DNA from: an uncultured Planctomycetota bacterium
GTDB lineage: Bacteria > Planctomycetota > Planctomycetia > Isosphaerales > Isosphaeraceae
Direction: 5' to 3'
Length of the DNA: 64,000 nucleotides
Assembly (NCBI GenBank): GCA_963823665.1
Contig: CAWGMQ010000008.1
Span: forward strand, 1,024,001 to 1,088,000
Position numbers and translations under genes: made by a program. Positions 11,501 to 20,415 of this stretch are shown here, one piece after another. The notes beneath the pieces are model-generated. The model saw only the letters and a list, made by a program, of their open reading frames with translations, searched no databases and was not told the origin of the DNA. Position 1 is the stretch's first letter. Each line of letters starts with the position of its first letter.

Positions 11501-12512
11501 CCGGAGCAGCGGTGTCGAGCACCCGGCCTTCGTCGTCGCGCAGGGAGACGCTCACCGAATAGACATTGCCCGGCGTGTGTAGGTCCCACAGCCGGTCGGG
11601 CTTCCACGGCGTCGCGAAGGTGAGCCGGCCGCCCTCGAGATCGGCCTTGCGAAACGGCTTGCTCTCGAGCGCGGTCACTTCGCGACCATCCTGGCGCACG
11701 CTGCCGCGCAGGGTGTAAGCCACGCTCGCCAAGAGATCCCCGAGCGCGGTGTCGAGAGTGATCTGGGCCCTGCGCACCGAGGTGTTCACCCTCACCTGCG
11801 TGATCCGGGCGCCCCCGGGAGTTGACTCGAGGAACACATCGCCGCAGAGACCGCGGCGAGCGACGGTGCCCCGGGACTGGCGCCCTGCGGCGGTATCGGC
11901 GTAGGAGAGCATGACCTCGTTGAGTGGCAGCGCGGTGACCAGCACGCTGATCGCGTGCTTGGCGCCGGGACGGCAAAAGGCGGTGACATCCAGCTCGCCG
12001 CCGGGGAAGCGAATCTCGCCGGCGTGCTTGCCATCGATAAAAACAGTTGCAATAGAATTCACGTGATCGGCCGTCAGCGCAATTCGGCGACGGGCCCAGG
12101 AGACCGGCACGTGGAACTCGCGCTCGTACCATGCTGATCTCACGGATCCCAGGCGTGCATCGTTCCAGCTCGAATGCCGGTAGAGCGTTTGAGAGTCTTT
12201 CTGCAAGTAATCACTGATTCCGGGCCAGCAGCCCGGCACTTTGAAGTAGCCCCAGCTCGCCTTGGGGGGCTCCGTCTTACGCGGGTCGGCTTGCGCGGGT
12301 TGCCATCGCCAGAGGCCGTTCAAGCAGATGCGCTCGCGGGTGGGAGTCGTCTCGCGATAGGACTTCTCAAGGTCCCAGACCGCCGTCACGCCGGCAGGCA
12401 GCGGCGCGGCGAAGTCGTCCGCGGCGAGCGGGCGGCTCGAGGCCGCCACAATCACCAGCACGACAACGAGATTTGCCGGAACGTGTTTCGAATGGGCTTT
12501 TCCTGGAATCAT
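8556..12512 (-). CDS. Glycoside hydrolase family 2-like (beta-galactosidase/glucuronidase) large protein
   Basis: GGAGGAGG RBS before ATG 12512. Motifs ICLNGLWRWQP, WYEREFHVP, LWDLHTPGNVY, FGFREFWIDGRDFFLNG, NHPSVVFYSMSHN, KPVFTCEYG; C-terminal DDPYRFFRW. Confidence 0.85.
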   Translation of the reverse strand: MIPGKAHSKHVPANLVVVLVIVAASSRPLAADDFAAPLPAGVTAVWDLEKSYRETTPTRERICLNGLWRWQPAQADPRKTEPPKASWGYFKVPGCWPGISDYLQKDSQTLYRHSSWNDARLGSVRSAWYEREFHVPVSWARRRIALTADHVNSIATVFIDGKHAGEIRFPGGELDVTAFCRPGAKHAISVLVTALPLNEVMLSYADTAAGRQSRGTVARRGLCGDVFLESTPGGARITQVRVNTSVRRAQITLDTALGDLLASVAYTLRGSVRQDGREVTALESKPFRKADLEGGRLTFATPWKPDRLWDLHTPGNVYSVSVSLRDDEGRVLDTAAPERFGFREFWIDGRDFFLNGTRIFLSAVPIDNALVGAAQATYAGASETLRRLKSFGINMVYTHNYGCEPGSHLSYAEILRAADDAGMLVSFTQPHFSHYNWKAADADRTNGYSRHAEFYTRAALNHPSVVFYSMSHNATGYEEDMNPQLIDGLSDPREAWARNNTNLALRAEAIVRGLDPGRIVYHHASGNLGSMHDSNFYPNFAPVQELSDWFEHWATKGVKPVFTCEYGAPFTWDWSMYRGWYKGQRSFGSALVPWELCLAEWNAQFLGDRAYRLSDMEKANLRWEAKQFQAGKLWHRWDYPYEMGSRLFDDRHEVIGMYLADNLRAFRTWGVSATSPWEFGHFWRPRPGIDKRRRELKVDWSQLERPGFSPDFIDQAFDRMDMAYEQRDWNPTADGLALIRNNQPLLAYIAGKPARFTSKDHVFHAGETVEKQLVVLNNSRQTVTCDCEWSLELRNAAAAAGPVRNAVAGRKTVSVLTGQQERIPLKLELPRSLGVGTFQLIARASFSTGETQEDSFAITVLPVKEATRVNARIALFDPEGATGGLLASLGIACERVESDADLAGYDILIVGKSALKLDRPAPSIDRVRRGLKVIVFEQTSQVLEKRLGFRVQEYGLRQVFPRVPDHPILLGIGVEHLRDWRGDATILSHYLNYELRPRYGPTVRWCDIPVPHVWRCGNQGNVASVLIEKPARGNVQPLVDGGFSLQYSPLLEYREGQGLVLFCQLDVTGRTESDPVARTLVQNIIGFVAGYAPVPTRSIVYAGDPAGLRHLARAGFKVTPFQGADLTPDQVLVAGTGAGKELAGHAKMIAHWLKAGGDVLGIGLDANDAKAFLPFQVGMKDTEHISAYFEPYDRGSVFAGIGPADVHNRDPRQIALISTDPDAVGDGVLARAQNANAVFCQLVPWQFEYAGKLNIKRTFRRVSFLVSQLLTNMGAESATPLLSRFQSPVAETSEKRWLDGFYLDQPEEMDDPYRFFRW

Positions 12513-12640
12513 GGTGAGCCTCCTCCGGGCGAGGGCTGTCTTGAGAAGGAGCGCATCTCTTTGGTGACCGCCGGCGATGCGAATCACCCTCGCGAAGCGC
12601 CTGTTCGCGATGATACAGTAGTTCTCGATCGGAGAAACCC

Positions 12641-12997
12641 ATGCCGCTCAACATTCGCGTCGACGGAGACATCGTCGTGCTGAGCAATTTCGGCAGGCTC
12701 ATGAACGACCCGAAGTATATCGATGCTGGCCGCGATACAAGTGACTTGCTCGAGCAGGGATTCACGAAGTTCATTCTGGATCTCGGCGGATTCCGGGAGA
12801 CCGGCTCGAGCTTCCTCGGGCTCTTGATGACCATGACTCGCCGGATCAGACAACACGATGCGGAAGCGGTGCTGGCTCATCTGGCGCCGGTGACCGAGAG
12901 TTTCATCAATGACATGCGGATGGACGATTACTGGGACATCTTCAAGACGGTCGAAGAGGCGATCCGGTTTTTCAGGCCAGACTCGGCTCGCGAATGA
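12641..12997 (+). CDS. STAS domain protein (anti-sigma factor antagonist)
   Basis: 118 aa. FILDLGGFRETGSSFLGLL (phospho-Ser motif) and C-terminal IFKTVEEAI. Confidence 0.85.
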   Translation: MPLNIRVDGDIVVLSNFGRLMNDPKYIDAGRDTSDLLEQGFTKFILDLGGFRETGSSFLGLLMTMTRRIRQHDAEAVLAHLAPVTESFINDMRMDDYWDIFKTVEEAIRFFRPDSARE

Positions 12998-13787
12998 GCA
13001 ATGCCCGCGTGTAGGCGACGCGCAGACCGCGGCGCTCGGCGTTGCGCTGGGAAGTGCTGCCGGGTTGGGCGCCTTGAGCGGCCAGGTCGCAGCCGTGGCG
13101 CCGGGCATGAGCCAGTCGGGCGTGGTAAAGTGCGGCGTGGACCCCTCGATTGCGAAAAGGAGGGAGCGTCGCGGCGCCGGCGAGGAGGGCCAGTCCGCGG
13201 TGCAAGATCACCGCGCCACCCCCGGCTGGCTGTCCATCGATCCAGGCGAGAAACGATACGGCCAGTTCCACACCGACCATCGTGAGCGCCATGTCGATCA
13301 TCTCGTCGACCGGTTCACCGGGCGCGACGAAGTTCGGCCCCACAACTCGCGCGTAGAGATCGCCCTCGTCGGGACCGATCGGACGGACTTCGATGCCCGG
13401 AGTGCTTGCGGTCTCGGCATTGCTCGCATCCAGCGGCATGGCCAGTATGTTCTCGAAATGAGAGAGCCGATAACCGCGGCGGCCGAGCCCTTCCACCAGT
13501 GACGGATCGGCCAGCGGGCACACAACGACTCGCGACGGTTCTCCGCGGCTGAAAAACACGTTTTCCATCCGGTCGAGATCCACGTCGCTCACCGGGCCTT
13601 GCAGGCCCACCGCCTTGATTTCCGAGAGTGGCGAGCCGGCGCCGGCAAACACTGCCACGCCTCCGGCGATTTCCTTCACGGCGATGTCGACACCGGGCCG
13701 CCGCTGCGCCAGCCGCCGGATGTAGGCGGCCGACGCGAACGCCTCGACTTCCTCGAGCCGCTGTGCGAGGTTCACATCGGTGAACAT
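12972..13787 (-). CDS. GNAT family N-acetyltransferase
   Basis: AATLPPFRNRGVHAAL acetyl-CoA binding motif and PGSTSQRNAERRG. Confidence 0.88.
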   Translation of the reverse strand: MFTDVNLAQRLEEVEAFASAAYIRRLAQRRPGVDIAVKEIAGGVAVFAGAGSPLSEIKAVGLQGPVSDVDLDRMENVFFSRGEPSRVVVCPLADPSLVEGLGRRGYRLSHFENILAMPLDASNAETASTPGIEVRPIGPDEGDLYARVVGPNFVAPGEPVDEMIDMALTMVGVELAVSFLAWIDGQPAGGGAVILHRGLALLAGAATLPPFRNRGVHAALYHARLAHARRHGCDLAAQGAQPGSTSQRNAERRGLRVAYTRALLIREPSLA

Positions 13788-13884
13788 TGCTTCAAAGTCC
13801 TCCTGTCGGTACGATCACTTCCACCGCGCGGGCATTCATCTTACCGGACGCGTCGTCGTTCGGTGAGCTTCCGGACTCTCGAAC

Positions 13885-14082
13885 ATGGATCGCGACACGC
13901 TCAACGTGCTCATGTTCAGCTTCGTGGGCTTGATTGTGCTCGCGGTGCTGATCATCGAGCCGATCTTGTGGGTGATCAAATTGACCAGCTCCAGGCGGAA
14001 TGACGACGGGAGCGTGCGGGAGCCGTGGAAGACAGCGCAAGCGATCAATGAAGACGAGTGGGAAGAGGAAGAAGAACTTTGA
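13885..14082 (+). CDS. Small single-pass membrane protein with acidic tail
   Basis: 65 aa, one TM (VLMFSFVGLIVLAVLIIEPILWV), tail EDEWEEEEEL. Confidence 0.55.
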   Translation: MDRDTLNVLMFSFVGLIVLAVLIIEPILWVIKLTSSRRNDDGSVREPWKTAQAINEDEWEEEEEL

Positions 14083-14150
14083 TCGCGAGTTCGTGTGAGG
14101 ATTTCCATTTGAGTAGAGCGGATGATTTATTTACTAACAGGATTCTAACG

Positions 14151-14585
14151 ATGCGATCTTTGACAGCATCATGCGTTCTGTGTGCAATCGCCTTGCTGGC
14201 CGCTGATGACGCGAAGAAAGAGAAGACCAAGCTGAAGGGCAAATGGACGGCTGTCTCCGTCAAAGTGGCCGGCCGGGCCGCGGCTGAGGGTGATATGAAA
14301 CGCTTCAAGTTCACGTTCGAAGAGACGACTTTCACCCACGTCGTGCGCGAGAATGTTCTTGAGGGGGAATACAGCTTCGACGACTCCAAGTCGCCCAAGA
14401 CGATCGACTTCGACATCAAGAAGGGACACGAAGAGGGAAAGAAGCAGCTCGCAATCTTCAAGATCGAGGGCGACAAGCTGACGATCGTTGCCGCGATGCC
14501 GGGAGAGAAAGACCGGCCCACGTCGTTCAAGCTGGAAGAAGGCAATAACCTGATCGAAGGGGTTTTCGAGCGCGATAAGCCCTGA
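14151..14585 (+). CDS. TIGR03067 domain-containing protein
   Basis: Signal peptide plus KLKGKWTAVS, DDSKSPKTIDF, AIFKIEGDKLTI, RPTSF. Confidence 0.9.
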   Translation: MRSLTASCVLCAIALLAADDAKKEKTKLKGKWTAVSVKVAGRAAAEGDMKRFKFTFEETTFTHVVRENVLEGEYSFDDSKSPKTIDFDIKKGHEEGKKQLAIFKIEGDKLTIVAAMPGEKDRPTSFKLEEGNNLIEGVFERDKP

Positions 14586-14602
14586 CACCGCGGAGCGCAT
14601 CG

Positions 14603-15983
14603 ATGGCGATCACCTTTGTTTGTGTTTGCGGAAAGAGCTTACACGCGAAGGACGAGCTGGCCGGTAAGAAGACCCGATGTCTGGGCTGTGGCTCGATCTT
14701 GACGATCCCCGCGCCGGAACCGGCGCCAGTCGATGACGTCGTCGTCGCCGACTACCTTCTCCAAGGCGAAGGCAACGCGCCGCGCTCAGGCCTCGCTCGG
14801 AGCGACTCCCTCGAGCCCGCCTCGAGCGCGCCGGTCTTTCACTCCATTTCGGCTGCTCCGGCTCGTGGAAAGCCGGAGAGTAACCCCGCTCACCATCCAA
14901 CCATCACGCGCGGTAGAGACGTGGAACCGGCAGCCGGATCGCTCCACGAATACTCGTACTGGCTGCTCCTCTTCGCGCTCATCCCCCTGGGCTTCTCGCT
15001 CTTGAGCGCAGAGGAGCAGAGCTTCGTCGAGCGTCTCAAGGCAACCGTGGAAAACGTGGCGCCCGAACAGGCCCAGCGGATCGAGGCTGTGCTCGCCAGG
15101 GGAGAGCAGCTCACAAAAGACGAGTTGTTCGCGGTCTTGCCCGAGGGAAAACTCGTTGGTGCGCACCTGCCGCAGTCCACCGTCATGCACTGGGTTTATG
15201 CGGCGGTGGCCGTGACGGGCTTCTTGCTCCTGATCCTTCTGATGTTCTCGGTGGAGCGAGCCAATCCGCTGCATCTACTTGGGATTGGTCTTTTTACTGG
15301 AACCGCCGGAATCATCTTCCTGTTCGCCGTGCAGTTCTGCGCAGATCGACATCCGGTCGATCCGGGCCCGGGGCTGGTTCGGGTTGATCCTTCTCATCCT
15401 GGCGCTCATCGGTTTGTCGTATCGCTCGGCGCTCAATCCCGACACCAACCTGATGCTCTCCGCCATCGGGTTCACTTTCGGCGTGGGGCTCTGCGAAGAG
15501 CTGACGAAAGCAATCCCGCTGCTATTCTACTACAAGCAATTCGCCACGATGGGATGGCGCGGCGCGTGCCTGTGGGGCCTTGCCTCGGGAATCGGGTTCG
15601 GAGTGTCCGAAGGCATCATGTACTCGGCCAGCTCGTACAACGGGATCAGCGGCGCAGGGATCTACGTGGTGCGCTTCGTTTCCTGCGTGGCGCTGCACGC
15701 GATGTGGGCGGGATCGGTTGGAATCACCATCGCGCGGACGGTCGATGCCTACGAATCCGTGCAGGACGGACTCGGATTCGGCCTCTACGCCGTGCGTGTG
15801 CTCGCCGTGCCGATGGCTTTGCACGGATTCTACGACACGCTTCTGAAGAAGGACATGAATGTCTGGGCGCTCTTGGTGGCGCTGGCGTCCTTCGGCTGGT
15901 TTGCCTTGCAAATCGAACGGGCGCGCGGCGCCATGCCCGAGGGCGGGCTCGGGGCGAAGCGACGGCGAATGGCGGCAGCGTGA
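14603..15983 (+). CDS. PrsW family intramembrane protease with N-terminal zinc ribbon (frameshift near 15340)
   Basis: CVCGK...CLGCG ribbon. PrsW motifs VGLCEELTKA, GIGFGVSEG, LHAMWAG and LHGFYD lie in ORF 15279..15983. Confidence 0.85.
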
Positions 15984-15997
15984 GAGCCGGAACAGAA

Positions 15998-16561
15998 ATG
16001 AATGAACCTCCGCCGGAAGGCGGCTTCTTTCCCCTGGTCTACGACGAGCTGCGGCGGCTTGCCGCGGCCAAGCTGGCGGGTGAGCCGGCCGGGCACACGC
16101 TCGACGCCACGGCCCTCGTTCACGAAGCCTACCTCCGCCTGGGGGGTGCGGCGTTCGCCGATCAGCGCGAATTTCTGCGCGCCGCTGCCGTTGCCATGCA
16201 GCGTATTCTGGTCGATCATGCCCGGCGGAAGCGCGCCGCCAAGCGCGGCGGACTCGCCACCCAGTTCACGCTGCATGAAGCCGATCGGCCGGTCATCTCC
16301 GACCCCGACACGCTCCTGGACATCGACGCCGCGCTGAGCAAGCTGGCCGCGGAAGACGCCGCGTCTGCCGACGTCGCTCGCTTCCGATTGTTTGCAGGCC
16401 TCTCGATCGACGAGGCCGCGGCGGCGCTGGGGCTCTCTCGCGCCACCGCATTTCGCGAATGGGCCTACGCCCGCTCCTGGCTCACTGCGGCACTGAACAC
16501 GCTTGAAAAAGAACGGAACGACTCTCAACCTGGGGAAGCCGCGGCCGGGCGAGAGTTGTGA
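15998..16561 (+). CDS. ECF sigma factor, TIGR02999/ECF43-like
   Basis: PLVYDELRRLAA, HTLDATALVHEAYLRL, AMQRILVDHARRKRAAKRGG, RLFAGLSIDEAA...REWAYARSWL. Confidence 0.92.
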   Translation: MNEPPPEGGFFPLVYDELRRLAAAKLAGEPAGHTLDATALVHEAYLRLGGAAFADQREFLRAAAVAMQRILVDHARRKRAAKRGGLATQFTLHEADRPVISDPDTLLDIDAALSKLAAEDAASADVARFRLFAGLSIDEAAAALGLSRATAFREWAYARSWLTAALNTLEKERNDSQPGEAAAGREL

Positions 16562-16648
16562 CGCACCGACGCGAATGGAACTGGATTGCGCGGCACGCGC
16601 CGGTTAAGATCGGCCTGGGATTCCCGCATACTTCAGGACGCGCTCTTG

Positions 16649-17751
16649 ATGAAGATCACCCGCATTCGGGCTTATCGTGTCGAGCTACCGCTGCACGAGG
16701 GGAGCTACAAGTGGTCCGGGGGGAAATCCGTCACGGTTTTCGACAGCACCGTCGTTGCGGTCGAGACCGACGAAGGGCTCACGGGGTATGGCGAAGTGTG
16801 TCCGCTCGGTCCGTTCTACCTGCCGGCCTATGCGGCCGGGCGCGGGCGGGCATCGCCGAGCTCGGGCCGCACCTCTTGGGCGAAGACCCGCGGCAGCTCG
16901 GCCGGCTCAACCGCAGCATGGACGCCGCCTTGCAGGGCCACGCGTACGTCAAGTCGGCCATCGATATGGCCTGCTGGGATATCCTCGGCAAGGCCACCGG
17001 CCAACCCGTCTGCGTGCTCCTGGGGGGGCGATATGGTGACGACTTCGTCCTTTATCGCGCGATCTCGCAAGAAGCGCCCGAGGTGATGGCGCATCGCGTC
17101 GAGGGATATCGCTCCCAGGGCTACCGCCGCTTTCAGCTCAAGGTGGGCGGCGACCCGCTGGACGATATCGCTCGCATCCGCGCTGTGTCTGCCGAGCTCG
17201 AGCCGGGCGACGTCCTGGTTGCCGACGCCAACACAGGATGGTTGATGCACGACGCATTGCGGGTTGTCCGCGCGGTGCGAGACATCGACGTCTACATCGA
17301 ACAGCCCTGCCGCACCTACGACGAATGCCTGACCGTCCGGCGCCACTGCGACCATCCGTTCGTGCTCGACGAGGTGATCGACTCGCTCGAGCCGCTCTTG
17401 CGCGGGCACGCGGATCGCGCGATGGATGTGGTGAACATCAAGATCAGCAAGTTCGGCGGGTTGACCAGGGCCCGCCAGGCTCGCGACCTGTGTGCCTCGC
17501 TCGGCATTGCCATGACGATCGAGGATAGCTGGGGGGGCGACATCGTGACGGCCGCGATCTCTCATCTGGCCCACAGCACACCGCACGAGCTTCTCTTCAC
17601 GTCGACGGACTTCAACAGTTATGTGACCGTCAGCACGGCCCGCGGCGCACCCGAGAGGAACGACGGCCGGATGTCGGCGTCCACCACGCCGGGCCTGGGC
17701 GTCGAGCCGATCTGGGATGTGCTGGGCGAGCCAAAGCTGGTGGTGGAATGA
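16649..17751 (+). CDS. Enolase superfamily (MR/MLE) enzyme, cis-3-hydroxy-L-proline dehydratase / hydroxyproline-betaine epimerase-like (frameshift near 16840)
   Basis: MKITRI...[68 protein letters not shown]. Confidence 0.85.
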
Positions 17752-17776
17752 CCCGCACAACGAGGAGCCTTCGCCC

Positions 17777-20104
17777 ATGAGCCGGTCGACGCGAGTGGTT
17801 GTTTTCTTCTTGACGGCGGCCATTTCCGCATTGACTGCCGCACCTTCATCCGCGCAGGAGAAGGGTCCTGGCGATGCGGCGCGATTGACCGTTCAGCGGA
17901 TCTTCGGCACCGGCGAATTCGAGCCCGAGCACGTGGCGATCCGCTGGCTCTCCGACGGTTCGGCTTACGTCACGCTCGAGCCATCGAGCGAGGGCTCAGG
18001 CGGCAGGGACCTGGTCAGCCACGACCCGGCGACCGGGGAGACTCGCGTGCTCGTTTCCGCAGCCGAGCTGATTCCGCCGAAGGAGTCGTCTCCGCTTGGC
18101 GTCGAAGACTATGCGTTTTCGAGCGATCGGTCGCGGCTGCTCGTTTTCACGAAGAGCAAGCGTGTCTGGCGAACGAATTCACGCGGGGACTTCTGGGTGC
18201 TGGACCGGGCCGCCCGCGAGCTGCGCAAGCTGGGCGGCGACGCTGCGCCTTCCTCGCTCATGCATGCCAAGTTCGCCCCGAGCGGAACGCAGGTGGCCTA
18301 CGTGCGCGAAAACAACATTTACGCAGAGGACCTGATCGACGGCCGGATCACCAAGCTGACGACTTCGCTTTCGAACGACGACATCAACGGCACATTCGAT
18401 TGGGTTTATGAAGAAGAGTTCGGTCTGCGCGATGGGTTCCGCTTCAGTCCGGATGGCAAGTCGATCGCCTACTGGCAACTGGACACGCGCGGCGTGCCGG
18501 ATTTTCCGCTCGTCAACAACACCGACAGCCTCTACCCGCGGATCACGAACGTGAAGTACCCCAAAGTCGGTGAGAAAAACGCGGCCTGCCGGGTGGGTGT
18601 TGTGGCAGCAAGCGGCGGGGAAACCGTCTGGATCGATGTCCCCGGCGATTCGCGTGATAACTACATCGCCTATCTCGAATGGACTCCTGATGGCAAGCAG
18701 CTCGTTCTTCAGCAACTCAACCGCCACCAGAATACGGTCCGCGTCATGGCCGCGAGCATTGCCAAGTCCCAGGACGTCAACAGCGATGGAAGCGTTCGCG
18801 CTCGCACGATCCTCGAGGATCACGATGACGCCTGGATCGATCTTCAGGACGAGCTCCCATGGGTTCACGACGGGCGAGAGTTCTTGTGGCAGAGCGAGCG
18901 CGACGGCTGGCGGCATCTCTATCGCGCGAGCCGGGCCGGGTCCACCACGGCGGCGAGCGCAGTGCGGCTGGTCACGCCCGGCGATTTCGACGTGATCGGG
19001 ATCGCGGGCGTGGACAAGGTTTCCGACTCCGTTTACTTCACGGCGTCTCCCAAGAATGCCACCCAGCGCTATCTCTACCGAGTGAAGCTCGACGGGACCG
19101 GAATGACGCGAGTCTCTCCCGACGGACAACCCGGCACGCATGACGTCCAGCTCTCGCCGGACGCGAAATGGGCGATTGATCGCTATTCGGCGTTTGACGT
19201 TGTTCCGAAAACGGCTCTCGTGCGCCTGCCCGAACACAAAACTGTTCGCATTCTTGCGGAGAACAAAGGCCTGCAAGCCAAGCTGGAAAAGCTGGAACAG
19301 GGCCGGACGGAGTTCTTCGGTGTCGATATCGGGAAGGGTGTGATGCTCGACGGGTGGTGCATCCTGCCGCCAAAGTTCGATAAGGAGGCGAAGTATCCGC
19401 TGCTGGTGCACGTCTATGGCGAGCCGGCGGGCCAGACGGTTCTGGACCGCTGGGGAGGGTCGAATCACCTGTGGCACCGGATGCTGGCCCAGAACGGCTA
19501 TGTCGTGATGAGCTTCGACAATCGCGGCACGCCGGCGCCTCGCGGCCGGGCTTGGCGAAAGTCGGTGTTCCACCAGATCGGGATACTCGCGCCCGAGGAC
19601 CAGGCCGCGGCGGTGCGGAGCGTGCTTCGGAAGCTCCCGTATATCGACAAGGACCGCATCGGCATCTGGGGCTGGAGCGGAGGCGGGTCGATGACCTTGA
19701 ATGCGATCTTCAAGTTCCCCGACCTTTACAAGACGGGTATTTCCATCGCGCCGGTCGCCAACCAGCGGTACTACGACACGATCTACCAGGAGCGGTACAT
19801 GGGCTTGCCGGGCGACAACGTCGAGGGGTTCCGCCGGGGTTCACCCATCAACTACGCCCATCAGCTCAAGGGCAACCTACTCTTGATTCACGGGACCGGA
19901 GACGACAACTGCCATTATCAAGGAACCGAGGCACTGATCAACGAGCTGATCCGGCACAACAAACCGTTCACGATGATGGCCTACCCCAATCGCTCGCACG
20001 GCATCTATGAGGGCCAGAACACGACATTGCACCTGCGCGAGCTGATGACGCGCTATCTCAAACAGAACCTCCCGCCAGGTCCGAAGACGGGCGCAGAGCC
20101 GTGA
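17777..20104 (+). CDS. S9B dipeptidyl peptidase IV family peptidase
   Basis: DWVYEEE, VYGEP, GWSGGG nucleophile elbow, HGTGDDN, SHGI. Signal peptide and GAGGAG RBS. Confidence 0.95.
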   Translation: MSRSTRVVVFFLTAAISALTAAPSSAQEKGPGDAARLTVQRIFGTGEFEPEHVAIRWLSDGSAYVTLEPSSEGSGGRDLVSHDPATGETRVLVSAAELIPPKESSPLGVEDYAFSSDRSRLLVFTKSKRVWRTNSRGDFWVLDRAARELRKLGGDAAPSSLMHAKFAPSGTQVAYVRENNIYAEDLIDGRITKLTTSLSNDDINGTFDWVYEEEFGLRDGFRFSPDGKSIAYWQLDTRGVPDFPLVNNTDSLYPRITNVKYPKVGEKNAACRVGVVAASGGETVWIDVPGDSRDNYIAYLEWTPDGKQLVLQQLNRHQNTVRVMAASIAKSQDVNSDGSVRARTILEDHDDAWIDLQDELPWVHDGREFLWQSERDGWRHLYRASRAGSTTAASAVRLVTPGDFDVIGIAGVDKVSDSVYFTASPKNATQRYLYRVKLDGTGMTRVSPDGQPGTHDVQLSPDAKWAIDRYSAFDVVPKTALVRLPEHKTVRILAENKGLQAKLEKLEQGRTEFFGVDIGKGVMLDGWCILPPKFDKEAKYPLLVHVYGEPAGQTVLDRWGGSNHLWHRMLAQNGYVVMSFDNRGTPAPRGRAWRKSVFHQIGILAPEDQAAAVRSVLRKLPYIDKDRIGIWGWSGGGSMTLNAIFKFPDLYKTGISIAPVANQRYYDTIYQERYMGLPGDNVEGFRRGSPINYAHQLKGNLLLIHGTGDDNCHYQGTEALINELIRHNKPFTMMAYPNRSHGIYEGQNTTLHLRELMTRYLKQNLPPGPKTGAEP

Positions 20105-20415
20105 CGTTGCAGTCGGACAACGGGCCGGTTGTACTGCCTTTTCCGGAAGTGAGAAGCAGCATTTGGACAATTTGCGCGCCCTTTCGGCGCGCAACGGCGC
20201 CTATGGTGCAGGATCCACACGCTTTCGCAGAACGAAAGCCGAGTCTCGGACGTCGGAGGCCCCGCTCGCCCGTAATCGCGAAAGGCTGTTCAGCAGCGCA
20301 GGCCGGTGGGGCAAATCGAGAGCCAGATAACTCGACTGTCATCCGTCCGAGTGCTAGTATAGATGTCACGCATCCACACATCGCATCATTCGTTCTTCTC
20401 GGACAAGGACTTGTC

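Noticed and set aside
14603..16561. 652-aa ORF that looks like a membrane protein-ECF sigma fusion
   Set aside because: Artefact of the frameshift near 15340. The middle part is the off-frame reading of PrsW, which has its own stop at 15983, and the sigma has its own ATG at 15998.
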